Shown: positions 37,801 to 50,491, numbered from the whole stretch's first letter. The stretch: DNA of 63,613 bases, filler included, from Porpidia crustulata (GCA_964255105.1; 11 parts of 11 records of this genome joined end to end with filler, not necessarily neighbours in it); one strand, 5' to 3'. Notes: generated by a model not told the origin, from the letters alone. A program made the numbers and translations.

Positions 37801-38629
37801 GCCTCACCGGGTACTGGCGTTTGGTCCCATCGAGATCTCTTAGTCTTAGCATCTTCCAACGCAGGAGTGCTCTCAGCTGCGACGTCCCATCGCTGCTTTC
37901 TCTTGCGTCCAGACGCCACAACAGCCGTGGAACCAGCATCTTTATTTTCCTTGTCGCTGCTGTCCTCGGATTTGAGAGTCGCTTCATGGGCAACTACCCC
38001 GTTCTCACCATTAGCTTGCTTCTCTGTAATTAACCTTTGCACTCGCTCTTCCTCTTTCTCAATATCTCTTGCTGCCATGATCTCACGGTAACTTTGACCT
38101 TCATCCTTGACGCCTGCTTGTCGATTCGCAGCAAAAGGATCTGCTCGGGTAGGGGTGAGAGGTCCACGGTTCAGACGACGCTTTTGGTAGTCAGTCTCGC
38201 GGTCAGCGATTCTGGCTGATTTCTCACGCCCAAGCAATATATCCTCTTCCTCCACCCCGGCACCCGTAGCAAACTCATTCATTTGATCCTTCGTAGCCGT
38301 ATATTGGCCAATGAGTCGCCTGCTATTATCGCCATCGGCATCTGCCATTTCTTCATCATTGCCATCAGCAGCTATTTCTGTGTTGTAGCCAGCATATTTA
38401 TCTCCACCATTACGATCATACAGGGTCGTGTCAAAACTCTCAGTCAGGGAAGCCTTCGTCGAGACGTCAGTGCGCTGGTTGAAAGGATCGAAGGTCTTTG
38501 AACCTTTCTTCCCAGCTGCAGCGGCATTGCGCTCAGCTTGAAGGCGCCTTATCGTCTCAAAATCGGCTGGTTATGGGTCAGATCTGGTGGATGAGCGGGC
38601 TTAAAAGGCGAGGACTCACAGTCAGACAT
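34843..38629 (-). CDS. SF3B1: U2 snRNP splicing factor SF3B1 (Hsh155/Prp10); last few codons truncated
   Basis: Exon 1 ATGTCTGACT (38629-38620), intron to 38567. RWD repeats (KQRWD, RSRWDQ); [26 protein letters not shown] repeats ([23 protein letters not shown]). 60-nt intron at 35527-35586. Confidence 0.98.
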
Positions 38630-39806
38630 AATTGCAGTTTAGTCACTCTGTTACACCAGGAACTAATCTGTGCGGCCCAGGCCTTACAGCCACCTCCTTG
38701 ATGTAGCTCCCTGGAAGTATGCGACGGTCGTTAATGAGGAGTAGAGATCGGTGACCCTTTATGCCTCTCTCTCACGTTGATAAACCAAAATGTCGCTCAC
38801 GCTGCTATAGCGGCAAAATCCGTGCTGCCCCGCTAACGTAGATTGGCCTAGATCAATAACAAGCGATATCACGACCCATCTTCTTTCACCTCACCTTTCA
38901 CACCAGCTATTCCTTGATTATCCCGGCCATGGTCTACTTCGTGGCATGTCATTAGAAATACTCTGCTTATCTGTCTTCTCAGAGACCTTGAGAAGTCTCA
39001 GGATTGTCCGGAAACATATTTCGTTTCGACGATATTGAAGCTCATGGAGTATGTTGCAAACTCCAAGGCTGCAAGGTGACCGTTGCACATACACCATGCC
39101 TTGTTGAGACAATTGCCACCTACACTTTAAAGATATAGCTCGAAAAGTCTATAAGATGGTGCTATGCGATACAATGACCTCTCGACAGGCCATGACGCTA
39201 TCAATTATCATGAAGGGTTGCGCTCATTCGTACACTATACTTCCGAGCGCTGTATCTCCGTACCAATCTTCTTTGTGTTTAAGTTTTACTAGTCATGGAA
39301 GTCATTGAAGAAATTTTTGGTCTCTTTTTCTAAGTAATAGTCTTTACTACTATTCTCTGAGAGGTAGACCCTCTGTTTGAGGATTATCCGTAAGCTAGTA
39401 ATGCACGGAAATCCATTATTATATTCCCTGGCTCTTAAGCACTCCAAGTTTCTAACCCAATGGTACTCCCTGCATCTCGTTAACTTGCGATCAAGGGATG
39501 TCAGCTCCTATCCATATTGATCTTACAAGTCAGGTCCACTCGAGAGTCCAAATCATACATGTTAGATACGTTAAACCCAAACGCAATTCTGGCCCTGCGC
39601 AGTGAGTAGTGTAAAATCCGTACGCAGCAGGGCGATCAGGTGTGTCTTAAAGCATCCCAACGCCCAGAAGAGCGGACAGTCCACGCTTTCTCTCGGAACT
39701 AACATTCAGGTTCCAAACGATGCTGATCTGTAGCACAGTAAGATTAATATTGAGAAACTTATTGTAGCCTATGATCCGAATTAGTCCCTGTTTAAACCCG
39801 CGAATC

Positions 39807-40160
39807 TCACGAAACCTTCCTAAAGACCAAGGTCAGGAAGCATGACAGCTTTCTCGGCTCCCAACATGAGGAGCCAGGGACTTCCATCCAAAGCACCTTG
39901 GAAGGATTGCATTGTAAAAGCACAGATCTGCAGGCCAAAACAGTGACAATATCATTCAGCCCAACATCGTCCCAGAGTAACCACTTGCGCCACCCCATTC
40001 CCGGTCCTACAAATCTCAACACGAAACCCACCACCACCACCAACGTTTTGATGCACGCAACAGCCGCCACGACGAAAAGCTACCGCGATCCAACCCACTT
40101 TCCGGACCGCGCTCGCGTGAGACGCGTCCAGGTAATGTAGATGGTGGATACCGCCTTTTG
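39807..40160 (-). pseudogene. Degenerate PTH11-like rhodopsin-domain fragment
   Basis: IKTLVVVVGFVLRFVGPGMGWRKWLLW...LLQCNPSKVLWMEVPGSSCWEP matches the K..V...LR / QC.P..LW...CW signature. There is an upstream stop and no intact flanking exons. Confidence 0.6.
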
Positions 40161-40526
40161 CAACGTCGAGGGAGCTGATGCTTCGATTAGAGTTGTGTAA
40201 AAAAAGCCTTTCGTTCCCATGATAGCGAAAACGGGTGGCACGGCAATGTACTACGGAACACTAGCAAGCTGTCCGAAAAACTTTCCTGGGACATTTCAAT
40301 GAATCTTTGCACTTTTGCTTGAAGAAGTGTTTTTACCCAAGGCTGAATGATGGTGATTCTGATCGCACCAAGGTTTTTAGAGTGTTGTGGGGGGAATGGA
40401 TGCGATCGTGTGAAGCAGCAAAGACGAACGGGGAGGACGAATGTATCATAACATTTAACGCAGGGGGTCACTCTTCGTGATCTCAAGAACGCTCGGGAAA
40501 CGTTCTTGTTTTGAACTCATATACAT

Positions 40527-40626
40527 NNNNNNNNNNNNNNNNNNNNNNNNNNNNNNNNNNNNNNNNNNNNTTAATTAATTAANNNNNNNNNNNNNNNNNN
40601 NNNNNNNNNNNNNNNNNNNNNNNNNN
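40527..40626. other. Artificial contig linker
   Basis: N44-TTAATTAATTAA-N44. Confidence 0.99.
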
Positions 40627-41160
40627 GTCTAAGGAGAAAGAAAGAGGGGGATTCGGGATACATAATGTACAAGAACCACGATCGACTTGACTGGTTCTCG
40701 TTTATTGTTGTTTTACGAATAAAACGTTGACTGCGATTAATTGTTCGATATCGTGAATCCCGCGCTTTTAATTATCATCTAGAGTTAGTTGATGCTAAGA
40801 AATGCTGTTTCTTCGACTTATCTATTTGATTATTTCTCAGATATTATCATCATAACTCTGATAATTATCACGACTTTTGCGAAATCTATCGCTATGAACT
40901 CGTCGTCTGGTTTCGATTTCGAGAATGTTCTTGTCCTGCTCGAGGGAGGTAAGATCATCGAAGTTTACAATTATCGACGAAAAGTCCAATCATCGATAAT
41001 AATATCATCAAGAACGAGCTCGAATTCCAAATTTAATTCAGTCGATAATCTATTCGTTATTGAAGTTCCGGAGTATCTAAAGCCAGACGCGACGTACAAA
41101 TCCATCGGATTTACTACTGTTATTGCCAGCTAGTTTTGGGCCAACTGTTGTAGTCACGTG
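40627..41160. repeat. AT-rich, probably RIP-degraded repeat remnant at contig edge
   Basis: Visibly more AT-rich than its flanks, rich in TA/TCGA, with no credible protein. Located at a contig end. Confidence 0.3.
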
Positions 41161-42710
41161 CAAGATAATACGTTAGACGTTAGGCAAGAATTAGCCACAG
41201 CCATCATATTACCAGATTTTCAAATATAAAGTTAACAAGCTCTACAAATATCGACTCAAAGATAGCATAAAGATACAGTACGACAGCCTTGAAAGCGATT
41301 GAAAGGAATTGGTAAAAAGGCAGATATGACGCAGAGAGCTTTCCGAAAAGTTGAGCGTCAGTTGTTAGTCCGTCAGCGTTGACGTAGTGGATTGATAATG
41401 TGTCCAGAAGCGGTCTCTAAAAAGACGGAAGATTCTTACTTCTGTTGTCTTCTTGCTGCGCGAATTGAAGTCGTGTTGGCATCCGCCATAAGAGGCGTTA
41501 TACAACGGGTGCAATTGCTTGTTTCGGAAAGGCAAGTCTGAGTCTGTTACGATCAGACCTTCCCCAACATCCCCAGCAGCCCACCGGATCAAGGTGGTGC
41601 CGAGCCTAATGAGGCCTAGCGACGCTCTAGCATTGCCAATTTCCCATCACCCCAAATACCGCTCTGCATCCGGATTTCCTTTCTTCCTTAGCATTTATTT
41701 CTTCGTTGATTTACCCCCATAGCTAGGTAGTTAGGAGGCCCCTAACAGAGTCTACATGAGACGGCTCAAACATTCTGCAGTAGGTTGTCATATCTGAAAC
41801 ATTGTCTCTCTGATGGCGGGGAGCGTCAAGAGCTAACTGATGTTAATGACACAGATCGAATGATCAGCGGTTTGCTTCTCCTTTTGAATGATCGGGAGTG
41901 ATTAGTGCAGATTGCTGGAATGAACAAGATCATACACGCTAGATTGATATGTCAATGATCGACTGTCCGATCTCCGCGCACTAGCCAATGGGTCATCGAT
42001 GCCGGAGGCGCAAAATTGCGAATCAGAGCTCGCTGAGAAGCGTTACGTGAAATACCATAGTGGAAGCCGAATGCCGAGCCTGACCAATCGAGCAGAAAGG
42101 GTTCACCCGGTATTCCATGATATTGGCTTGTAGATAGGCGCGTGGTGTGGTTGGGAAGCGCCCGTTTCGGACTGCCAATTTAGCAAAGAATTATATTGAC
42201 AGGTACATTTTTGTTTGTGAAAAGTCAGTTCCTATTTTGGGATCGTAAAAGTTTGGCTAGGATCGATTTATGTACACTCGAAGCCTTTTGAAAATTTGTG
42301 ATCAAATTTACTTTCGGAACCCGATTTCCATACCACGTATGTGGAAATTATCGGCATCAATACGTGTAATGCTGTAAGCGCTCTGCGTAATTTATCCATG
42401 CTCCATTGCGGCGTGATGGTGGCTGCATGACAGAGTTTCACAACTTCAACTGAGCGCTTGGAGTGGTGTGATGACTTTACTTGTGGGAGGAAACTCGATG
42501 TTGTGGCGTTTCGACTCTTCGAATGATCGAGGCAGGGTTCCAAGCTATTTGTATCATCCGATATTCCATATTCTATTTCTACCATCGTTTACAGAGTATT
42601 CTCGGTTTTCACGGGACCCAACAACCGACTAACTTATTAATGCCCTTCGTTAAATCAGAGATGCTCAATGCGGGTTTTTCATTCACAAGTAGAGGAAGAA
42701 AGCCGCCGTT

Positions 42711-44081
42711 ATGAATCCCACAGCTTGCTCGGGATGCAATTCGAGTCAATCGCCCGCAGAAAAGGCTTCAGTTGGTTGGGTGCTGGAGTCCTCAGGGCGT
42801 GGGACACTAGGCCTCATCATCACCTGTCTCTTCACCAGCTTCTTATGTACCTGGGTGGTAATACATCCGCGAGTCTACAAACGTCCGTTATTCCGCCGCC
42901 TGCACAAGATCGCTTTATTCTTGAAGACCATCATTGCACCTGAATTACTAGCCGTTGAAGGACTTCAGGAATGGAGCCAAGCACGAAAAATGGTGAAGAG
43001 CTGCGAAAGGTTCACAGCAGGACGGCTGAAGCTCATACACGCCTATTATGTTGGTATGCTCGCTCTCAAATACCGCACTCCGCGGGGTGAGAAGGTGATA
43101 TGGCCTAATCAATATACCTGGCTGCTGGAGCAAGGTCTGATTGACTGGAACGATCATGCGCTCTGGGGCTTAGCGGAGGAGAACATACGCGACAAGAGTA
43201 ATGTAGATGGTACCGCAAAGCTCTTGGCGCTTGGTCAAGTGTTCTGGTTTGTAGCCCAGAGCATAATGCGACGTGCTCACACGCTTCCTCTCTCCCAGCT
43301 CGAAACAATGACACTCAGCTATATCCCGCTTTTCGCCGTCACGTATTTCTTCTGGTGGGTAAAACCTAAAGATGTTCTGACTCCGTCGATCGTCGATTTG
43401 CCGGACATGCTTCTAGGACAGCAAATAACATTCGAATCGATGGCTGTGAGTGGTGTTTTTGATGATGAGGGCATAGGACAGCAAAATTCGCTTTGGAACA
43501 TCTGGTATCTCACACCTCGAGTATTTGAAAAAGAATCCGAGGACAAGACGTTGCAGGAAGCTCAACAAAAAGCGTTGCAAGAAGCGGAGCAGAAGGCGGC
43601 CGCGCAGGAAGCCAAGCAAGCTTTTATTCGTAGGAATGATAGTGGTAAGGGCTTAAAGGAGGAACCCCGCGCTTGCTTGCCACCAACGTTCCAAACCCCT
43701 GCTAAAGAGATTGTGGTCTCGTGCTGGGACCCAGATTTGTATCATTCCAACATTCTCTGGCCATTTACTTGCCTTTTTGGAGCTTCATTCGGCGCTCTTC
43801 ATCTCATATCCTGGAATTCGGACTTCCCGACGCTTATCGAGCAGTGGCTATGGCGGGCAGCAGCGCTTGTATCGATCATTTCCCTACTAATCTTTATGCA
43901 TTTCGAAAAGGTTGTTTTTCGATGGGGCGGCCCGATGACTATAATAAGCCTTGTGTCGCCGGTGTTATACCTCCTCAGTCGCATCGTCATGATAGGTGGT
44001 GTCATTGCAGCCTTTAGGGCTTCCGATCCGGCCATCTACAGTACCTACGTCGTGTCAACGTACTGGATGCATGTTATATGA
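42711..44081 (+). CDS. Intronless multi-pass membrane protein of a widespread uncharacterised fungal family
   Basis: 456-aa ORF with VGWV...GRGTLGLIITCLFTSFLCTW..IHP, IIAPE...QEWSQA, IRDKSNVDG.AK, LPLSQLE, FFWWVKPKDV, FGALHLISWN..FPT..EQWLWR. Confidence 0.85.
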   Translation: MNPTACSGCNSSQSPAEKASVGWVLESSGRGTLGLIITCLFTSFLCTWVVIHPRVYKRPLFRRLHKIALFLKTIIAPELLAVEGLQEWSQARKMVKSCERFTAGRLKLIHAYYVGMLALKYRTPRGEKVIWPNQYTWLLEQGLIDWNDHALWGLAEENIRDKSNVDGTAKLLALGQVFWFVAQSIMRRAHTLPLSQLETMTLSYIPLFAVTYFFWWVKPKDVLTPSIVDLPDMLLGQQITFESMAVSGVFDDEGIGQQNSLWNIWYLTPRVFEKESEDKTLQEAQQKALQEAEQKAAAQEAKQAFIRRNDSGKGLKEEPRACLPPTFQTPAKEIVVSCWDPDLYHSNILWPFTCLFGASFGALHLISWNSDFPTLIEQWLWRAAALVSIISLLIFMHFEKVVFRWGGPMTIISLVSPVLYLLSRIVMIGGVIAAFRASDPAIYSTYVVSTYWMHVI

Positions 44082-44523
44082 ACAAGTAGTGTTGGGTGTT
44101 TTGCCCTGTAATTTATAGATTTCAAACACAAGTGACCTTTGCGTTGTAGAATATCTGTCCCGGCCTTTGATACGGTCCTCATTTGCGGATTATATGATTA
44201 GCATCATAAACTCTGCAAATCTGACAGGAGAAATCGATTGGATTACAGCGTCATCCCTGTATGCCGAGGCCTTTATCTTGCTATACTTCTGCAGTAGAGC
44301 GATATGAATGAGCATCGACATCTCGTATTCCTTGATGGTCTGTGAAGCGTGTCTTTTCGAGCTGTACGACAACGTAGTATAAGACAAGGTTTCAGACGTC
44401 GAGCTAACAGTTCTGCAGCCGCGAAATATTCTTAATCTCAAGACGTATATATGGGCGAATCTGCTCGAGCAAGATGAAATCCAGATCATGGGATCTTCAT
44501 CCCCACTTTTTTCTGTCCGTGCC

Positions 44524-45711
44524 TTAAGTAAATCGCGGATCTAGGGCTGCAAAAATACGCATGACAGCGATGGAGATAACAGGATTTCCCATAATCACAT
44601 CGTGAAGGCCGCTTTTTAGGATTTCCTCCCTAACGGTGCCTTTTTCTGTTCGCCATTCCACCACCGACCCCGCAGCGCCCATATCCGTCCTGGACTCCCT
44701 CTTTGTCTCTTCCAATTCGTGATCGTTGATTCCTCGAGGCGCCATAGCACTAACAGCGTGCCAGAACAGGATCTCCGTATGATGCCATGGGACATCATAG
44801 TCATCCTCGGCATGGATCAGAGTCAGCCGGTACTCTTTTCCATTAGCTTCGTTGACCCGTATGTATCCTGCAATGCGGTCCTTGCTCGACCATTTGTCTC
44901 GTATGAATGTACCGAGATAATTGAACAGCCGAGGAAACCCAGCCAATGGTGATAAGATGGGTATGGTACCTCCAACACAATATGTCGCTACTAACGTTGT
45001 CGCGTCCACAAATGGTGCAACTAGGACGACACCTGCAAACGTTACGGGCGGAGACTGCGTGGCAAAGTGCTCAGAGACAGCGAGGCTCACAGCGGTCCCT
45101 AGAGATTGGCCAAAGATCAGGATTCTGGACGGTTGGATTCTGGCGACTTTGATTGCCCATTCGACGACTGCGACAGCATCAAGACACAGCCCACGCTCGG
45201 ATGGTATGCCGGGGCTACGTCCAAAGCCTCGATAATCAAAGGTCAACACGTGGATTTTACTGGGCTGACCTGCCGACAGCGCACGATAATTCGGAACTCT
45301 GTAGCCTGACCCAACAGTACCTGCGGCACCATGCATGTGAATGATCAACCGAGCATCGGGATCATCACGCAACAGCTTGAACGCGAAGCGGGATGTGATA
45401 TCCACAGCGAAGCCAGAAGGTTCCGCAACTAGGGCGGACTCGTGTTGGCGATAAAGCTCGACGGGTAAAATATGCCAGGCGTACAGCATCCCGCCACCGG
45501 GGGATTTGATGAAGAATGGGGTGGCCTGGTGACGTAGGAAGCCAAAGGTTTCGGGGACGTCGAGATCTTTGAACCAGGTCATTTGGATCTTGTGCAGGTA
45601 GACAACATGAGCTTGAAAGGAGGATGTCGTGAGTAGCCCGAGAAGACCGGCGTACAGTCCGACCAACACTGCTGCCGATATCGAAACATACTTGAGTACG
45701 AGATGGACCAT
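44524..45711 (-). CDS. ABHD12-like alpha/beta hydrolase (lipase) with N-terminal membrane anchor, intronless
   Basis: YAWHILP, HGAAG, FDYRGFG.S.G.PSE.GL, GQSLG nucleophile, HAEDD acid, GLHD His. The start is taken at MVHLVLKY (45711); the ORF is open from 45783. Confidence 0.9.
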   Translation of the reverse strand: MVHLVLKYVSISAAVLVGLYAGLLGLLTTSSFQAHVVYLHKIQMTWFKDLDVPETFGFLRHQATPFFIKSPGGGMLYAWHILPVELYRQHESALVAEPSGFAVDITSRFAFKLLRDDPDARLIIHMHGAAGTVGSGYRVPNYRALSAGQPSKIHVLTFDYRGFGRSPGIPSERGLCLDAVAVVEWAIKVARIQPSRILIFGQSLGTAVSLAVSEHFATQSPPVTFAGVVLVAPFVDATTLVATYCVGGTIPILSPLAGFPRLFNYLGTFIRDKWSSKDRIAGYIRVNEANGKEYRLTLIHAEDDYDVPWHHTEILFWHAVSAMAPRGINDHELEETKRESRTDMGAAGSVVEWRTEKGTVREEILKSGLHDVIMGNPVISIAVMRIFAALDPRFT

Positions 45712-46298
45712 AATCCCAGGTATCGCAAATTGCGAGATGATGCTGATATTTGGATTGACAAGGCAAGTCTGGACGTCTAGCATGTGTGAAGTGTGAGAAC
45801 TTTTTAGTTTTATAGGTGACCTGTGGAGTTATGGCAGCCTGATGGGATAAGTCATGTTTTCATCCGAAATATTCTGTACCGTTTCATGTGAAACATATGT
45901 TTTGAACAGCGCGAGGTGTTTTTAGCTTGGCTGCTATTTCGCAGGGGCATGAGGCCGGGTTGCGAGAGATAACTTTAGCATCATTAAGATAGCCAGGGTG
46001 ACAGGTACCGAGTACCAATGCACGCCGGGGACAGAAAAACCCGAGCCGGAAATATGGATTATCCGTCCACATCATCAAATTTATCACTACGTCTTTAAAC
46101 ACATTCACAAAAACATTAAACGTTTGATACTGTGGTATAAAGTGTTGATGCGTTTGCGAAATTTAATATTACTGTTGAGATATATGATGGGCTGACTTAG
46201 GGTGAAAAGGGTTACGGATTGAGTCGGTCTAGCTACGTGTCTACATATCGGAGGTCAGGTGATCTTACTAGCGTAAGCACCCCGAACACCTAGTCGTA

Positions 46299-46398
46299 NN
46301 NNNNNNNNNNNNNNNNNNNNNNNNNNNNNNNNNNNNNNNNNNTTAATTAATTAANNNNNNNNNNNNNNNNNNNNNNNNNNNNNNNNNNNNNNNNNNNN
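46299..46398. other. Artificial contig linker
   Basis: N44-TTAATTAATTAA-N44. Confidence 0.99.
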
Positions 46399-46789
46399 GG
46401 CGGGAGAGGGGTGGCAGCCGCAAGCCTGGTCACCGGGCTCAGGAAGAAAGTAATTGGATTCAGTTGGGAATGACTGAATTTGAGTTCTTGAAATGTGCAT
46501 GGCTATGGAGTTCCTTACGTTGGTCTTGGTGAGAGTGAAAACGATTCCTCATGACCGATTTCGATCCAGAAACTGGCTGAATGGCATGAGGATTGTTTGG
46601 CTTGGATTGATGTCTGTCATGGCTTATTCTATGTACAATATGTAGAGCCTAGAACCCGTAGTAGGGTTAACCGATCGCGGTCCCGAATGCTGGGATTGAG
46701 AATCTTACATTCCTGCGCACGAAACTAGACGTCTGAATCTTTTGAAAACCAGCCTTGAAATGCCTGTTGAGTTCCAGTACAGGTCACAA

Positions 46790-47727
46790 CTACCGCCTAT
46801 CACCACTGAAGTTTCCTCCAAATCCCGGTCCTCCACCCATCCCACCAGGTGGAGGGAATGGTCCTCCCTGTTGTGGTGGGCTACCTTGCGGCGGGAATCC
46901 TCCTAGAGGCGGCATTTGGAAGTTTGGAGGCAATCCTCCGGGGGGTGGGAAAGGCATTCCAGGCATGCCAAGCGGCGGAGGGCCACCGGGGCCTCCATTC
47001 GGTGGAAAAGGTGGAAAAGGCATGCCGCGGCCTGGGAAAGGAGCTACGAAATTGCGTTAGAAGATCTCGAGTTGTGTCAAACTCAGCTTGGAGGACTCTC
47101 ACGAGGAGGGAAACCACCTGGGCCTGGTGGACCGCCCGGCATTCCAAAGGGAGGAGGTGGCATGCCGCCTATCATTCCATAAGTTAGACCTGCATCTCAC
47201 CTGAAATGATCATGATGTTGGAGATTGCAAAATAGCCACGTTGTCAACAGCTTGCAAAAGACGAGGGTAGGATTCGCCGTACCGGGGAAGCCAAACGGAG
47301 GAGGGAATCCTGGTCCACCCATAGGGCCACCGCCCTGGTTCAACATAGGATTGGCGCCAGCTTGACCTTCGGCAGCATATGAAGACGTGATAGAGTCTAT
47401 GACCGACTGCGCTTTTTCATGGCCGATTTCTACCAGGTATTTGTTAGACGACAAGCATATCGAGGGCGGACTTGCACATTTGCATATTGATCTCATGGAG
47501 GCGTACGTTGGTAGTAGTCTAGGACGTTTCTTTCATGATTTCGGCCACTATTATGGGCCTTTCGCACACTCATGGAATCGTGGGTGAGGTAGACATCGCA
47601 GTAATCGCCTGAGGTAGGTCAGTAACAGAGCTGGGGTAACATATGCGGTGCCGTCTACAAAAGAGTACACAGCTTGTCAGTATGGCAATTCTCAATATAG
47701 TGTGAATAGGAACTTATATTTTGGCAT
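46790..47727 (-). CDS. YHC1: U1 snRNP protein C (Yhc1/SNRPC); six exons including a 6-nt microexon after an AT-AC intron
   Basis: Spliced product [57 protein letters not shown] (U1-type zinc finger), followed by a Pro/Gly/Met-rich tail. Confidence 0.95.
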
Positions 47728-48017
47728 TTCCTCGAAGTGTCTCAGATCCTTATAACGGTGGTCCGAAGTTGTCTATTGTGGCTGGCTCATTTGATGCTGT
47801 GCGGAAGCACAAAGTCACAACTTCACAGCCAGCCCTGCGGGTTTTGTGCTGCCGATATTTTGAAGTTGAGAACGAATCACACAAGTCAAATCGGTAGCGC
47901 TACATAAGATCATAGCAAGCAGCTATTTAGACATAGCTTGGAAATGAATCAAGTAATACTAAGCTACTGGGTATCTAAACCTTTTGAATTTCCTGAACTC
48001 CTCATGCTTCGAAGGAA

Positions 48018-50491
48018 TCATGTACGATGCTTTGTCCACGCATTGTGCGCAGCACTTGGCATCGGCCGATAGAACGCGCCTTGCCCACTGCTTCGAGCCT
48101 GCGATCGACTCCCTCCCTCGTGTCCGGAAGGGCGTTCCTGAAATTGTCGTGGAAGGTTGGCGTTGCCTCGACCAGAAAATGGCTCAGAAGGACGAGGAGA
48201 CTGTGATCGTTGCTCACTACGCCTATATCCATATTGGCCAGGGTCATTACGGTATTCATTGTTCCTAGTGTTGGCCCAAAGTCCTCCGCCTCGAATAGTC
48301 CTGTTATTATCATTTCGATTGGGTTGATCATTACGTGTGTATGCACCGGAATCTCGATTGGCATGGTTGCTGTTTCCCCCGGTCATTATACGTATCTGAC
48401 CCTTACGAGCCGGTCCTGGAACCCTTGGATGATAGAAGTTGGCCTCCTCATCGTCGCTATCACCAATGGTGAAACGATTCTGCTTCTGTGCCCTGCCCTT
48501 TATTGTCATTTCGCCCTGTGCCTTGATCGTAAACTGCCCTGTTGGATCCGAGGACCATGTGCTTGTCCCAGACGGTTTTCCTGGTCGGCGAGTGGGACAG
48601 TCGTTGCCTAGATGCCCACTATTGCCGCACTCATGACAGCTCAGACGTACACTCTCATTGACTAAACCGGATTCCCACGACAGGCCTGTTGTCCGCCACA
48701 GAAGTTCACAGTCCGAGGTGTAGTGACCATCTCGGTGGCACAGATCGCAGGGTCTGTTGGCAGTCGTTGGTGCGTCGGTCTTATAGGGACATCTTCGTAT
48801 ATCGTGGCCAAGCTCTTGACAGTGATGACATTTCCAAACGAGTGGACACTGCTGGCTAAAATGAATGCCTTCAATTCCACAGGTACATAGGAGTTTGTTA
48901 CAGGCATCTGCCATGTGAGATTCTTCAGCACATATTAAGCATCGAACTAGCGTGTCACCCTTCACATCGCCAGGTCTCTTAGCTATGTGGAAGTATCGAA
49001 GCTGTGCCTTTAGCTCCTCTAGGCCCAGTTCCGCTAACGTACGGCGGTGATGACTCGGTATGTCGGTAGTGTATTCGCTGGGCTTCCGCCATTCGTTGAC
49101 TACATCAGATTTTGCGTAGTCCAACATGGCATTACCACCATCATCATCGTCTTCCTCATCATTATCTTTCTTGTTTTCATGGAGCTCACCGTCTGACTTA
49201 TCCAACGTAGTCTCACCCATTTCGCGGTTTTCGGGTCCCTGACTAACATCTTCTGATATTTCTCCGCTCTCGTGCTCGCTACTCTGTAGGTTCAATACAA
49301 CTCCACCATCGCTTCCAGAATCTTGATCTTGATCCAAATCAGGCTCATGGTCAGATTGCTGGCTCTGGTCTGGGCTTTTGAGAGTTGTATCATAAGCTGA
49401 ATCTCGTCCAAAGTTTGAATTCCCGGAGAACCCTTGTCCATCATGTACATCGGGTGGTTTTGGGGTGGCAACATGTACACTAGTATCACCAGAAAGGTCC
49501 TGCTGATTGGAAGTTGCTGCTGGGCTGATGGGCTCTATATCTGCATGCAGTGATGGACGCAGATCGTCTGCCGAATAGCTCTCGCCTAGTCCACCGTCCC
49601 TCAAAGCTTCTAATCGCCCTTCCTTGGTGCACTGCTGCACCAATCGCCAAAGAGCTGGCTTTGGTCGACGAAGTTTTCCCAGCTCACCACCATCATCCTC
49701 GATATCACTACCAGAAACTTCATCTTGACGGTACGAAAGAAGGCCTTCGTACTCTTTGTCAATCGGGTAGAAGAGGCAATAATTGTGGTCAATCTCTGCT
49801 TCGCGAATACGCTGGATTAATAAATGGTACTTGGGATGGTAAGTTTCCTTTGTCGAGAGCGCCTTTCTCAGGATCCCGACTCTTCGCTTCGTTTTCTTAA
49901 TCTCTTCAAAGTAGATATAGTTAGATTTCATACAAAATTAAAATACGAATATGAAAAGCCATTAAGGTATCACGAACCGCGAGCTTGGATTGCAGACTGA
50001 GCTGGAGATTGGCTTTTTCTTCGTTCCAACTTCTTTGGCTCCCCATCCTCTTGAGAATCTGCTTTTTTCGAACCCCCACCCAGCGAAATACGAATCCTGG
50101 CCTTAGTCCCGACATTCCAATTTATGGACGGCGCAGCGCGGCTCTTGTTTACGAAGTTAACCGGGCCTGAGGCTGCATTGTGGTAGGACCTTTCAGAGCT
50201 ATACAGCGCAGTGTCTGACAGTGCGCCTAATTGATCTTTGCCCAGGTCCGAGTCTTTTGGGTCTTGCATCTCAAATCCTACAGACAATTTAGGACGCTTT
50301 GTGGGGGTCGAGTTTCGGGACATGACCTGATCACTATCTTCAGATATTTCATTATATACTCTCTTATGTTCATTTGTGAGCGTTTTTAGATCATTCTTGT
50401 CTGAATCACCAATCAGACTACCAGTACTTTGCATGGTCACCTTAGCTTGTGGTGAAATCAAGAGATCGTTGTTCTTATAGATATATGGCAT
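48018..50491 (-). CDS. Air1/Air2-like (ZCCHC7) zinc-knuckle protein, putative TRAMP subunit
   Basis: Five CCHC-type knuckles (CLICAEESHMADAC, CTCGIEGIHFSQQC, CHHCQELGHDIRRC, CDLCHRDGHYTSDC, CHECGNSGHLGNDC) with a LWR linker between knuckles 4 and 5. The upstream exon (ORF 49970-50491) is joined by an intron at about 49978-49905; the start is uncertain. Confidence 0.75.

Noticed and set aside
47169..47282. Internal CAG|GTGAGA in U1-C intron 4 as a recursive or stwintron site
   Set aside because: The downstream piece would be only about 32 nt, too short for a fungal intron. A single 114-nt intron restores the frame.
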